A stretch of DNA of 64,000 nt. Source: Octopus bimaculoides. Lineage: Eukaryota. Below, piece after piece: positions 63,870-64,000 of the stretch. Where the stretch lies: the NCBI RefSeq assembly GCF_001194135.2, contig NC_068986.1:89290306-89354305 (forward strand). The letters are read 5' to 3'. Both the position numbers and the translations under genes were made by a program. How positions within the stretch are numbered: the stretch's first letter is position 1; each line of letters begins with the position of its first letter. Below the pieces are notes generated by a model. That model saw only the letters and a program-made list of their open reading frames with translations, did no database searches and had not been told where the DNA came from.

Positions 63870-64000
63870 ACATTGATCTCAGTATTTGACTGGTACTTAA
63901 TTTATCGACCTTGAAAGGATAAAAGAATAATTCGACCTCGGCGGAATTTGAACTCAAAACGTATAGACGGACGAAATGCCGCTAAGCATATCGCCCAGCG
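63870..64000 (-). mobile_element. SINE family 1, truncated by the window end
   Basis: Reverse-complement of the core. Confidence 0.8.

Noticed and set aside
1-64000. CRISPR arrays, rRNA genes or prokaryotic operons
   Set aside because: The sequence is eukaryotic, with spliceosomal introns and SINEs. No regular repeat-spacer array or rRNA similarity was seen.

Overview
AT-rich (microsatellite- and transposon-laden) eukaryotic DNA. The SINE families and repeat landscape look like an Octopus/coleoid cephalopod genome (inference). The ORF track misses the main content. A + strand multi-exon gene can be assembled by hand from about 3.8 kb to 48.5 kb, with a probable 3' end at 51.6-53.1 kb. It has a hydrophobic leader followed by 11 tandem copies of a 58-64 aa six-cysteine module (C-x7-C-x16-C-x8-C-x6-8-C-x11-C). 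Each module is encoded by a two-exon cassette: an A exon (phase 1 to 2) and a B exon (phase 2 to 1). All 24 exons join with GT/AG sites into one stop-free ORF of about 724-732 aa. I do not recognise the module as a named family. The window also holds a full-length but decayed mariner with perfect TIRs; remnants of hAT-Buster, two further Tc1/mariner elements, Gypsy, Penelope, RTE, L1/Tx1 and R4/Dong; many tRNA-derived SINEs (one with a hammerhead-like tail); a diverged ~1.9 kb duplication covering the putative penultimate exon; and seven assembly gaps. Repeat boundaries are approximate. Exon boundaries were counted by hand.
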